In this document: one piece after another, positions 37,979 to 50,144 of the stretch
How the letters are laid out: the number at the start of each line of letters is the position of its first letter
Position numbering within the stretch: the stretch's first letter is position 1
The notes under the pieces: model-generated
Database searches by the model: none
The model's input: the letters and a program-made list of their open reading frames with translations, nothing else
Told to the model about the DNA's origin: nothing
Made by a program: the position numbers and the translations under genes
Source: Octopus vulgaris
Taxonomy: Eukaryota
Assembly: GCA_951406725.2 (NCBI GenBank)
Contig: OX597823.1
Location: forward strand, 18,414,001-18,478,000
Reading direction: 5' to 3'
DNA length: 64,000 bases

Positions 37979-38426
37979 GGTGCATTAGGCATGATAAAAA
38001 AAATATTCAGACAAATACATAACAAAAACACCAGGACTTACAAACACATATAACATACAGAAAATTGCACTACTAGGCACTGCACACATCCTACGCAGAA
38101 CACTTTCCATACAATAACCATCAGAGCATCACAACAAATCACAGCACATACCCAAGCCACACAGAGCTGCGCTCGGTAGTGAAGTGAAAGCATGCTATAA
38201 AAATAAAACTACTGAATGATAATAATAATAATAATAATGATAATAATACCATTAAAAAATACCTTAGGAATGAGAACCCAGGTTCGAAAATTTCCCCAAG
38301 ACTCCTGATGAAAGCTGGAGGGGATATCAGCCAAAACATTGTGTTAACAACAAACAAGATGAGGACAAATATCTGTCGAATGTAAATAATGTACATAATT
38401 CCTCATCTCTTAAATATAAAGCTGTA
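37602..38426. mobile_element. Inverted pair of HHR-SINEs (minus 37602-37900, plus 37902-38426) carrying nested insertions
   Basis: Both arms match the 41000-41650 family. HHR remnant ctcCTGATGAaagctgg...cagccAAAAcattgtgtt at ~38302-38345. Confidence 0.75.
37978..38217 (+). mobile_element. R4/Dong-type (RLE) LINE 3' fragment inserted in (AAT)n
   Basis: Translates GALGMIKKYSDKYITKTPGLTNTYNIQKIALLGTAHILRRTLSIQ* (QKxxLLGTAxILR C-terminal motif). Flanked by TAA repeats, the known Dong target. Confidence 0.75.
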
Positions 38427-38737
38427 TCTATCATGTTTACTAACTTTCACCTGGTTTCAAACAAGTTAATATTTCTCCATGGCCAGGTGTTTTCTTGCAG
38501 AATACTGGAAATGAATGACAGTGATTGCATGACACTGACAATCATTTATAACTATGTGGTATCAAGACAAGGAGACTCAACTGTACACACATATATGCAT
38601 ACACACACACATACATTTGCATATATATGTATGAATATATTTATACACATACACACATGATCGGCTTCTTTCAGTTTCCATCAACTAAAGCTACTTGCAA
38701 GGCTTTGGTCAACCCAAGGCTATAAGAAGATATTTAA

Positions 38738-38958
38738 CCCTTTAGCATTTAAACCGGCCATATCCGGCCAAAAGTATTCTGCCTGTTTTATGTTCAAACT
38801 GGCCAGATCTGGTCTCTCACACCAACCCTACAATATCGTTTTAAAAATTAACATCTGCCTCATCAAATTCTCATAGTTACAAGATAATGCATGATTAGTT
38901 CAAAACAATGTGGATTAAAAAGTATTAATCTTGGTAGAATAATGCGAACACTAAAGGG
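38738..38958. mobile_element. piggyBac-like MITE
   Basis: TTAA|CCCTTTAG...CTAAAGGG|TTAA; inverted relative to the 19286 copy. Confidence 0.8.
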
Positions 38959-39176
38959 TTAAAATGACCCCAGTATTTGACAAAAGCTGAAGTCAGCCTC
39001 AAGGAAATTTGAACTCTGAATATAAATAAACCTAACTTAATAATTGTCTCTAATTTATTCACAAAACCAGCAGTTTTGAGAAGAAATGGGTTGATCGATA
39101 CCTTCAACTCCCAGTACTTAATTGATATGTTAATATACTGATCCCAGAGACACAAATGACAAATTTGACTTCAGTG

Positions 39177-39581
39177 ACAGGAGTGGCGGTGTGGTAAGTA
39201 GCTTGCTAACCAATCACATGGTTCCGGGTTCAGTCCCACTGCGTGGCATCTCGGGAAAGTGTCTTCTGCTATAGCCCCGGGCCCACCAATGCCTTGTGAG
39301 TGGATTTGGTAGACGGAAACTGAAAGAAGCCTGTCGTATATATGTATATATATATATATATGTGTGTGTTTGTGTGTCTGTGTTTGTTCCCCTAGCATTG
39401 CTTGACAACCGATGCTGGTGTGTTTACGTCCCCGTCACTTAGCGGTTCGGCAAAAGAGACTGATAGAATAAGCACTGGGCTTACAAAAAAAATAAGACCC
39501 GGGGTCGAGTTGCTCAACTAAAGGCGGTGCCCCAGCATGGCCGCAGTCAACTGACTGAAACAAGTAAAAGAGTAAAAGAGA
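39177..39581 (+). mobile_element. SINE family A copy
   Basis: Family A consensus match; subfamily with the ccaatgcc diagnostic. Confidence 0.85.
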
Positions 39582-40049
39582 GTGAGATTTGAACTCAGAA
39601 TATAAAAAGCCAGAACAAACACCACAAGGCATTTTGTCTATCACTTAACAATTCTTTCAATCTATTACCTTACCTCTAAAATCTAATATTGATCTTAATT
39701 CTTCCAAGCCGAAAACAATTATTGATTGAAGCAAAGACAGATCAAAGAAAACCAAGAGTGGAAATTCAATAGTCAACAAATACAGGATGCTTAGGTACAT
39801 AAGTAAATTATACATAGCAAATTAAGTTCTGTTTAAACACAGCAGACAATTGATTTCAACTTCAGAAGTAATTTAAGAACACCCATGTACTACTAAGAAC
39901 AGGGGACATATGGACACTTCATATGGAAGCTGCCTTGTATTCTGTTAGTTAACTTAGACAACAGCTGGTGAAAACCTAGCACCAGCCATTCCTGGTGGTT
40001 ATGTCTTTCACTGATACACTTATTTCTTACACAAGGTATATTTATTTCT

Positions 40050-40453
40050 TTTACTCTTTTACTCTTTTACTTGTTTCAGTCATTTGACTGCGGCCATGCT
40101 GAAGCACCGCCTTTAGTCGAGCAAATCGACCCCCCGGGACTTATTCTTTGTAAGCCCAGTACTTATTCTATCGTTCTCTTTTTGCCGAACCGCTAAGTGA
40201 CGGGGACGTAAACACACCAGCATCGGTTGTCAAGCAATGCTAGGGGGACAAACACAGACACGCAAACACACATATATATACATATATACGGCAGGCTTCT
40301 TTCAGTTTCCGTCTACCAAATCCACTCACAAGGCATTGGTCGGCCCGGGACTATAGCAGAAGACACTTGCCCAAGATGCCACGCAGTGGGACTGAACCCA
40401 GAACCATGTGGTTGGTTAGCAAGCTACTTACCACACAGCCACTCTGGCGCCTA
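40050..40453 (-). mobile_element. SINE family A copy
   Basis: Same subfamily as 39177, opposite orientation. Confidence 0.85.
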
Positions 40454-41001
40454 TATCACTAGATCTTAATGCTTGACTATAATTATTCAAAATAACATAG
40501 AAATGCTGTTTTGGTGTTGAGCAACTCTTATCAGCTTCTGCTTAAGCTTATCAATGGCATTGAACCAAACTAATCAATCAGATAAGAGCAGTATCGATGG
40601 ACAGGTGGACATAAAGTTAACCAAGTTTTTCCAAGAAACACCATATTCATCATCATCATTTAACCCTTTCGTTACCAACCCAGCTGAAATCGCTTCTGGC
40701 TCTGTAGTATAACTACAAAAGTTCTGAATTAAGATCTTCCACAAAAACCTTAGTGACAATTTATGTTCCGAACACTAGATTAATGATAACTAAGTTATTT
40801 TACTAAATTCTTTGTTATATTTAAAATTAATTGAAAGAAACAGTAAATCAAGTTATTAATTATAACTGCATTCATAATGAAGAGAAAAAATTCATTAGCT
40901 TCATGACTCGTTATATCATCCACTTTATTAATTATTTTTCTTTAAGTTGATGTCCCTAGGTATATTCACCTGCCATTCCTTTATGTTATAGGTAAGCATT
41001 T

Positions 41002-41429
41002 ATACAGTTGTATATTTAAGAGATGAAGTATTATGTACATTATTTACATTATTTACATTTGACGGATATTTGTCCTCATCTTGTTTGTTGTTAACACAAC
41101 GCTTCGGCCGATATACCCTTCAGCCTTCATCAGGTATCTTGGGGAAATTTCTAACCTGGGTTCTCATTCCTAAGATATTTTTCAATGTTATTATTATTAT
41201 TATCATCATCATCATTATTATTATCATTACTATTACTCAGGTCACTGCTTGGAATCGAACTCAGAATCTTGGGGTTAGTAGCCCATGCTCTTAACCACTA
41301 CACCATATTGTCATGGGCATAACTACTATGCCATATGTTCGTGGGCATATGGTATAGTGGTTAAGAGCACAGGCTACTAACCCCAAGATTCCAAGTTCGA
41401 TTCCAAGCAGTGACCTGAATAATAATAAC

Positions 41430-41477
<48 letters not shown>

Positions 41478-41648
41478 TATAACAACAACAACAACATTGA
41501 AAAATACCTTAGGAATGAGAACTCAAGTTCGAAATTTCCCCAAGACACCTGATGAAGGCTGATGGGTATATCAGCCGAAACATTGTGTTAACAACAAACA
41601 AGATGATGGACAAATATCCATCAATTGTAAATAATGTAAATAATGTAA
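41002..41648. mobile_element. Head-to-head inverted pair of HHR-SINEs
   Basis: Minus copy 41002-41320 and plus copy 41342-41648. Plus copy: TGGTATAGTGG A-box, AAGTTCGATTCC B-box, (AAT)n, then HHR motif at 41544-41589. Confidence 0.85.
41544..41589 (+). ncRNA. Minimal type-I hammerhead ribozyme motif (one stem-III mismatch)
   Basis: gacac-CTGATGA-a-ggctgat-gggtat-atcagcc-GAAA-catt-gtgtt: stem I 5 bp, stem II 7 bp, core intact. Family consensus stem III is AACGTT. Confidence 0.65.
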
Positions 41649-41951
41649 GCGTTTATGTTCTTGATAGATGAATGATTGTTTCTTTATATTCTAGACAGGT
41701 GGTTGATTTCAAAATGGAAATGATGGAGAAGATAATGGTTTCAAGCTTTGACACAAAGCCAGTAATTTTGGGGGAAGCAGGGTCAACCAATTACGTGAAC
41801 CCCAGTTCTCAACTGGTATTAACTGGTACTAAAGGATGAAAGGCAAAGTTGACTTTGAACTCAGAACATAAACAGCCAGAAGAAATGCTGCCCAACACAT
41901 TTTGTTTGGTATGCAATGAATCTGCTAGCTTACCGCTTTAACAATAAAGGT

Positions 41952-41995
<44 letters not shown>

Positions 41996-42347
41996 CCATC
42001 ATCATAATCAAAATATCCACTTTCCCATGCTTGCATAGATCAGACAAAATTTGTTGAAATAGATTTTCTGCAGCTGGATGCTCTTCCTGTTGCTAACCCT
42101 CACCTGTTTCAAAGCAAGCTAATATTTCCCATGACCAGGCATGTTTTCCTTTGAGGATTGGAAATGAACAAAATCACTTCTATGATGATGTCAAGACAAG
42201 AGTACACATAAACACAACGACACACATGGCTTTGGTCAGCCCATGGCTATAGCAGAAGACATTTGCCCAAGATATCACACAGTGGGACTGAACCCAAAAC
42301 AATATAGTTGGGAAGTAAGCTTCTTAACCACATACCACACCTGCTAA

Positions 42348-42666
42348 TCATCATCATCATCATCATCATCATCGTTTAACGTCCGTTCTCCATGCTAGCA
42401 TGGGCTGGATGGTTCGACCGGGGATCTGGGAAGCCAGAAGGCTGCACCAGGCTCCAGTCTGATCTGGCAATGTTTCTACAGCTGGATGCCCTTCCTAACA
42501 CCAACCACTCCGTGAGTGTAGTGGGTGCATTTTACGTGCCACCTGCACAGAGGCCAGTCGAGGCGGCACTGGCTTCGGCCACGATTCGGATGGTGCTTTT
42601 ACGTGCCACCGACACGGAAGCCAGTCGAGGCGGCACTGGCTTCGGCCACGATTCGGATGGTGCTTT
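42348..42666 (-). mobile_element. Family C retroposon copy
   Basis: (CAT)n plus family C body with two internal tandem units. Confidence 0.75.
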
Positions 42667-42711
42667 GAAAATCAGAAACAGTAGTGAAGAAAAGAAAGAA
42701 GATGACCTTAC

Positions 42712-42990
42712 CTTTTGTCTGAAATATTTTAGAACCATGGTTGTTTTTTGCATGTCTGACTGGTTGTTTACCAATTTGTATCTCTTGAATTTTTGATATA
42801 TCTCTTATTGGAAGATTCCAGGATTGATACTGGCGGGGTGGTAGAATATCACCTGAGATAGAATCTAGAGATTTCGCTTTGGACAAGCTCGATGTGGAAA
42901 CATTATCAAGAGATGGACTTTGAGGCAGATGGTGGTAGCTTCCATGGTTGCTTCGGTCAAGAGAACGAGAACTTGTGGAAGAGTTAAGTT
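42712..42990 (-). CDS. Coding exon A (first confident exon) of Ig I-set domain gene; Ser-rich linker
   Basis: Acceptor TTTTCAG, donor AAG|GTAAGG, 279 nt, phase 1-1. Reads xLNSSTSSRSLDRSNHGSYHHLPQSPSLDNVSTSSLSKAKSLDSISGDILPPRQYQSWNLPIRDISKIQEIQIGKQPVRHAKNNHGSKIFQTK and joins the next exon in frame. Confidence 0.8.
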
Positions 42991-44107
42991 CTGAAAATTA
43001 ACCAAAAAGAGAGAGAGAGTAAATAAAAGAGAAATATAATATTGTGTGATAGAGTTAATCTCTTTGTTCTAATAACAAAATTTCATTTAATCTATCACAT
43101 TAGTGTGATAGATGTTATAAATGTCAATTTTGGGGGTGTTATTTTAAGGGGGTTTTAAGGATAACAACAAAACATTTACTGATGTAAAGGATCAATGCTA
43201 AAAATAAGTGAAATATATTATAAAATTATTTTTGGTCAAATGTTAATTTGACCAAATAATTGATAAACCTCAGATATTTTGCATAAACAAAACATTAGTA
43301 CAATCATCATCATCGTTTAATGTCTGTTTTCCATGCTAGCATGGGTTGGACGGTTCGACCGGAGTAGTGGAAGCCAGGAGGCTGCACCAGGCTCCAGTAT
43401 AACCTGGCAGTGTTTCTACAGCTGGATGCCCTTCCTAACGCCAACCACTCCGTGAGTGTAGTGGGTACTTTTTATGTGCCACCGGCACAGGGGCCAGAGG
43501 AGGCTGGCAACAGCCATGATCAGTTGGTACTTTTTACGTGCCACCGGCACAGGTATCACAACTACAATTCCATTTGATTTTTATTTTGGTTTTGATGTAC
43601 TTGACTCTATAAGTATCCTCAAGCAGAACAGGTCACCCCATGATCCAAGGTGAATGGAGGGAAAATTAAAAAATATTAGAAGCAGAATTGTTAATTTAAC
43701 AAAAAAACATGGAATTTAATAGTTTTTTCTCTTAATTTAAATCAATAAAATTTTAAAAATCTAATTTTAGTTCATGTTTTTCAGTTTCAGATTTAGGTTC
43801 TTCTTCAGTTTCAAATATTTACAAAAAGAATTTTGATTTTTGCAACCTGAAATTTTATATACACAGAAAATTCTAAGTTGAAAGTTAGAAAATCCATTTT
43901 AGAATGATTGATTACAAAGAAATAAAATGAGATCTAAAATAATCTGCTGTTAAAAATTGGAGTTTGATGGTAATTCAACTAAAACTAAAGAGAGTTGCTT
44001 GTTAGAAATAGTAAGCAAATCTCCCTCAAATTATAGTTTACCTTCTTAAAAAAAGGATCACCAATTGTATATGATTGTATGTGAAGGGAATTTTATATAT
44101 AAATATA

Positions 44108-45202
44108 TAGGAGTGGCTGTGTGGTAAGTAGCTTGCTTACCAACCGCATGGTTCCGGGTTCAGTCCCACTATGTTGCACCTTGAGCAAGTATCTTCTACT
44201 GTACCTTTCAGCCGACCAAAGTCTTGTGAATGGATTTGGTAGTTGGAAATTGAAAGAAGCCCATCGTATATATGTATATGTTTGTGTGTCTGTGTTTGTC
44301 CCCTCAACATCGCTTGACAATCGATGCTGGTTTGTTTACATCCCCATAACTTAGAAGTTCGGCAAAAGAAACCGATAGAATAAGTATTACAAAGAATAAG
44401 CTCTGGGTTCAATTTGCTTGACTAAAGGTGGTGCTCCAGCATGGCTACAGTCAAATGACTGAAACACGTAAAAGAATAAAAAAATACAATTTTGTCCCAA
44501 ATAAGGCTAGAGGCAGAGTAGCATAAGCATGTACAAAGAAGGGGTCTACAAATCCAAAAGATGCCGGTTAAGAGAAAGCTTAGAGAACTGAATATCATAG
44601 ACCAGAAGAGAACAAGACAATAGTAGTGAGTTCTACAGAGCAGCAGTTTGAATAAAGAAGCCCTTACAATAAAAGGACTTATGACTACAGGAAGAGAAGG
44701 GATGACACATTCTAAAGGTTTTGACAGAGGGTACCAGACTAGAAAGTTCATCAGAGAAATGATAATGGAAACAGTTATAAAAAAGACAGAATGAAGATGG
44801 CGCAGGAGTGGCTGTGTTGTAAGTAACTTGCTAACCAACCACATGGTTCCGGGTTCAGTCCCACTGCGTGGCATCTTGGGCAAGTGTCTTCTGCTATAGC
44901 CCCGGGCCGACCAATGCCTTGTGAGTGGATTTGGTAGACGGAAACTGAAAGAAGCCTGTCGTATATATGTATATATATGTATGTGTGTGTGTGTTTTTCT
45001 GTGTTTGTCCCCCTAGCATTGCTTGACAACCAATTCTGGTGTGTTTACGTCCCCCGTCACTTAGCGGTTCGGCAGAAAAGACCGATAGAATAAGTACTAG
45101 GCTTACAAAGAATAAGTCCCAGGGTCGATTTGCTCGACTAAAGGCGGTGCTCCAGCATGGCCACAGTCAAATGACTGAAACAAGTAAAAGAGTAAAAGAG
45201 TA
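44108..45202 (+). mobile_element. Two SINE family A copies (44108-44480 and 44799-45202)
   Basis: Family A consensus matches. Confidence 0.8.
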
Positions 45203-45344
45203 AGATACATTCTGATAATAAACCAAAAACTAGTAGGAAGAAGGGAACACACCATGTTAACAACTGAGTTCTGAAATTAACCAATCCAGTTATGAGACTC
45301 AGAGGAGGTGCCAGCATGAAGATGACATCAGTATTCAAAGTAAG

Positions 45345-45852
45345 GTAAGGCAGCAAGCTAGCAGAATCATTAACATGCCAGGCAAAATGCTTAACAGCAT
45401 TTCATCCATCTTTACTTTCTGGGTTCAAATTCTGCCGAGGTTGCTTTTCCTTTCATCCTTTCAGGTTCGATAAAATAATTACCGGTTGAGCACTGGGGTC
45501 AATGTAATCGATTCATCCCATCCTCAACCCCTAACTTGCTGGCCTTGTGCCAAAAATTTGAAACCAATATTCAGTGCAAGGTCAAATGGTGGCTTTTAGT
45601 GATACAAGATACTCTCAAGGCGGCAGGCTGGCAGAAACTTTAGCATGCCGGATGAAATACTTAGCGGTATTTCGTCTGCCGTTACGTTCTGAGTTCAAAT
45701 TCCGCCGAGGTCGACTTTGCCTTTCATCCTTTCGGGGTCGATAAATTAAGTACCAGTTACGCACTGGAGTCGATGTAATGGGCTTAATCCCTCTGTCTGT
45801 CCTTGTTTGTCCCCTCTGTGTTTAGCCCCTTGTGAGCAATAGAGAAATAAGA
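45345..45852 (+). mobile_element. Two SINE family B copies (45345-45570 and 45617-45852)
   Basis: Family B consensus; the second is flanked by near-direct repeat aagatactctcaag / aagataccctcaag. Confidence 0.8.
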
Positions 45853-46611
45853 TACCCTCAAGCATAAACATTTGTGAGCACAGAAGAGGAATGCAACATT
45901 CTTGGCACCAGACATGGCAATGGACTAAACATACTTGTTCAAAGAGAAATCCTTGGCCAAAGCCAAATATGTATTATTGTAAGAAATTTAACACCAATAA
46001 ATTCAAAGACCAAGTCTTCAACAATACTCCAATGCTAATAATACTACTACTACTACTAGTATAAAATGCAACTCAGAATGTGGGAATAACATTTTCAAAG
46101 TTGATGTAAAATCAATTTTGTAAACTGTTACTTTGTCTTTCATTACTACACAATATTGCCGCCAATTACTTAGACAATGTCCATTCCCCACAGAATAAAA
46201 GTTCCAAGTCACAATTGACTGCCACTCAATTGTTCTACTTTCTTCTAAATTGATGAAAACAATTCTTCAAATTAATTTCATTGCTCAACAGTCTTGAGCT
46301 GAAGAACTAGAATTATCTGTCTGGGAAGTTATGTATGCTGAAAGAATGTGGAAGAGAAAAGAATTTGAGGAGTGCATTTGCAAATAGTTTTGCTTGATTA
46401 AGCATCACACTCAGTGTGAATTGGTAGAGATGATCGTTTCAGTTAATATCTTTCATTAAATTAGACAACAAAATTTTCAAAAGCTAATTATATATTTCAA
46501 TTCAATAATGGAATATTTAGAAACTCAAGTAATATTTCTTCTACTGCACAGCACTGTTGCATGGTATGCAACAGAATTAATCGAGCAACTGTGGAATAAA
46601 AATGGTTTGTG

Positions 46612-47100
46612 AAAGAGGAGAGTGAAGAGAGCTGGGGAGAGGGAAGAGTGTAGAGGAGAGTGAAGAGATCTGGGAAGAGTAAAGAGAGCAGGGGAGAGTG
46701 AAGAGAGCTGGGAAGAGTAAAGAGAGTGGGGTGAGTGAAGAGAGCTGGGAAGAGTGAAGAAAGCTGGGGAGAGTGAAGATAGCGGGGGAGAGTGAAGAGA
46801 GCGGGGGAGAATGCAGAGAGCTGGGAAGAGTGAAGAGAGCGGGGGAGAGTGAAGAGAACTGAGAAGAGTGAAGAGAGCTGAGAAGAGTGAAGAAAGTGGA
46901 GGAGAGTAAAGAGAGCGGACTAGAGTAAAGAGAGCGGAGGAGAGTAAAGAGAGCGGGGGAGAGGGAAGAGAGCGGGGGAGAGGGAAGAGAGCTGGGAAGA
47001 GTGAATAGAACTGGGGAGAGTGAAGAGAGCTGAGAAGAGTAAAGAGAGCGGAGGAGAGTAAAGAGAACGGGGGAGAGTGAAGAGAGCTGGGGAGAGTGTA
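46612..47100. repeat. Purine-rich ~20-bp minisatellite (gagagtgaagagagctgggg), ~24 degenerate copies
   Basis: Direct observation; explains the repetitive ORFs 46525..47109 and 46577..47299. Confidence 0.9.
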
Positions 47101-47504
47101 GATATACAAAAGACAGAACTGTCGCAGTAGGAAGAAGTTTGATCATAGTGATCTGCTCAAAAAGAAAAAAGGAATTAAACAAAAACACTAGTCCAACAAA
47201 AATTAAAAAGCAAATTAACCACCTTGAGCAAACAGGAGAAAATGGATGAGGATATTGTGGGGGAAAAAAATTTTGTAAGTGAAATAAAGAAGATTCCACA
47301 TTGTTTTGAGTTCAAATTTTGTTGTGGTTTGAGTCAAAATCACGATATTGTAGTGATACACTAAAACATCCTGTCCCACATACTTTAATTAACCTCCTGC
47401 TTTCACATGGGAATGGTATAATTTATTGAACAATAACACGTCCAGTAACTTAATTTATCAACCTTATGTGAAGTCAACCAATGTAGGATTTGAACTCGGA
47501 AATA

Positions 47505-47970
47505 TCATCATCATCATCATCATCATCATTTAGCGTCCGTTCTCCATGCTAGCATGGGTTGGACGGTTCAACTGGGGTCTGTGAAGCTGGAAGGCTTCAT
47601 CAGGTCCAGTCATATCTGGCAGTGTTTCTACGGCTGGATGCCCTTCCTAACGCCAACCACTCCGTGAGTGTAGTGGGTGCTTTTTACGTGCCACCCGCAC
47701 AGGTGCCAGACAGAGCTGGCAAACGGCCACGAACGGATGGTGCTTTTACGTGTCACCGGCACGGGGGCCAGGCGAGGCTGGCAACGGACACGAACGGATG
47801 GTGCTTTTACGTGCCACCAGCACGGGGGCCAGACAGAGCTGGCAAACGGCCACGAAACGGATGGTGCTTTTACGTGTCACCAGCACGGGGGCCAGGCGAG
47901 GCTGGCAATGGACACGAACGGATGGTGCTTTTACGTGCCACCAACACGGGGGCCAGACAGAGCTGGCAAA
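47505..47970 (-). mobile_element. Family C retroposon with five alternating ~60-bp internal units
   Basis: Units alternate ccagacagagctggcaaacggcc and ccaggcgaggctggcaa. Confidence 0.8.
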
Positions 47971-50144
47971 TATAAAGGGATATAATCAAATATCATATTG
48001 AACTCAGTCCAGTACTCTCCTGTTTCTGCCACTCCACTCCGTTCCGCTCCACCTTAGTAACTCTTAACATAAAAGAACTCACAAATGAAAACATTTTGAT
48101 AAATCTAGAACACTGTTATACACTGTAATAACATTTAATATTTTGGAGACACACATCTCATGTATAATCAATTGTATGAATCAGACCTGTTTGTTACTAA
48201 CAATACTGTGACTATTTAGATTAGGTGTATTAATACATACAAGCAGAGAAGACTTGTAAAATAACAATAGTTCTTTTATACTAATTAATATTATGTATGA
48301 TCACACCTTCCTGAATACCATGAATAAATCTTTAAATAAATGTCAAACTACTTTTTGTGCGTATTTCAAGAATCTTGTCTAGCGACATTCTTCTTGAGTG
48401 TCTCTGCCTGGACTGTAGCAATATTTGATGGGATAGGATTTAAAAGATTTTCAACAATTATCACATAGCTGCCCTGCATTCAGTTCAAAAAAGATTTGGA
48501 AGAACGCATGATAAGTGGGTTTATGCTGGAGAGGGATATCTTACTTACTGCAACAGCAACTGAAGATGTGTATGAGATGGTTGTGTTTTGCTTTGCTGTG
48601 AAATGACAGGATGAAAAAGGGAGACTAACATTTCAGATAGGCCTTGGTTTTTAAATTTATTTTTTAAAAGATTTAATAAATTTAACCACCAAATATTGAG
48701 TACTTCCAGACCAGCTTTTATTGAGCAGATCAATACCAGGTGATCAGTCTGTGATTATCCCCACCTTAAGTTGAGACTGTGTGTATAGATTTACATAATC
48801 CAACATCTTCCTTTCTCATCATAAGCTAAACAACAACAACAGTGTGTAAGTGCAATGGCCCAATGGTTAGGGCAGCGGACTCGCAGTCGTAAGAACGCGG
48901 TTTTGATTCCCAGACTGGGCATTGTGAGTGTTTATTATGAAAAAACACCTAAGCTCCATGAGGCTCCAGCAGGGGATGGGGGAGGGGGTGAACCCCGCTG
49001 TACTCTTTCACCACAACTTTCTCTCACTCTTTCCTCCTACTTCTGCCACAAAGCAGAGGAACTATGGTGTAACCCACTATGGTGTGATAACTTTCAGACC
49101 CTAGTTTAGATTGCAAATCCTCTGTACCCCAGGATGGTTCAGCTCTCCACCCATTAAAAAGTGACCATTTACAGAGTGAGGATACCAACATAGCTTTCAC
49201 GCCCATGCAACTGCCAGTCTATCACGTGTGGTGGGTGGATCTTCAAGTTGCCACACACATTCTTAGTAGCCTAGAATAGGCTTGAATTATAGATTATTCT
49301 TTGTGGCCAATGGTGTGAGTCCTGATTCAAAGAAGAAGAACAACAACAGTCAAGTCTTGCTGTCTTGGTTGTTGTTGATTAGCTGCAGGTCAGCCCTGAT
49401 CAGCCAAACCTATGAATAAAAGCCTTCCAGCCATAGTCATCCAGTCGTTTTGTACATTTACAATTAAATATTTACTTCATTATCAAAATGATAATTTAAT
49501 TCATGGAATCCAGTGAATAATTAAGGTAAATAGAGAGCATTTTGAGGTTAGACAGGTACAATTTCCCACCTCATTCAAGCTCTATGAACGCCATTAAATC
49601 CATGTGCCATGAGTTCAGGTGTGTAGTGCATTAAAAAATAGTGTCAATAAATACAGAAATTATTCTGCCTGCATTCAGTGTCATTACAGAGTGAAGAGTA
49701 TGTGTACAGGCGAGTACAATGCATGTGTAGTCGCTTCTAATGATTGAGTTGATTTGCATTTCATGTGAGAGTATAAACGAGCCATCATCATCATTGTTTA
49801 ACATCTATCTTACATACAGGTATAGGTTGGACAGTTTAACAGGATCCAACAAGCCAAAGGACTGTGTTAAGTACCAATGTCTGTTTTAGCATGCTTTCTA
49901 CAGCTGAATGTCCTTGTTAATGCCGACCACTTTACAGGTTGTACTGAGGTCTTTTTATTTTTCATGGCACAGGCACTAGTGAGGTCACCAAGCAATTCAC
50001 ATGACAGAAAAGTGTGTTGTGAATGGGTGTGCATGTGTAAATGCAACTGTATAAAAAAAAAAGTAATCCAGTATGCATTCATCATATTGAGCATATTGTG
50101 TGTGTGTATGTGTGTGTGTAATGTCATTACATTCATATGCATCA

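Noticed and set aside
46525-47299. 194-aa and 240-aa repetitive ORFs
   Set aside because: Read through a 20-bp minisatellite; no splice or domain support.
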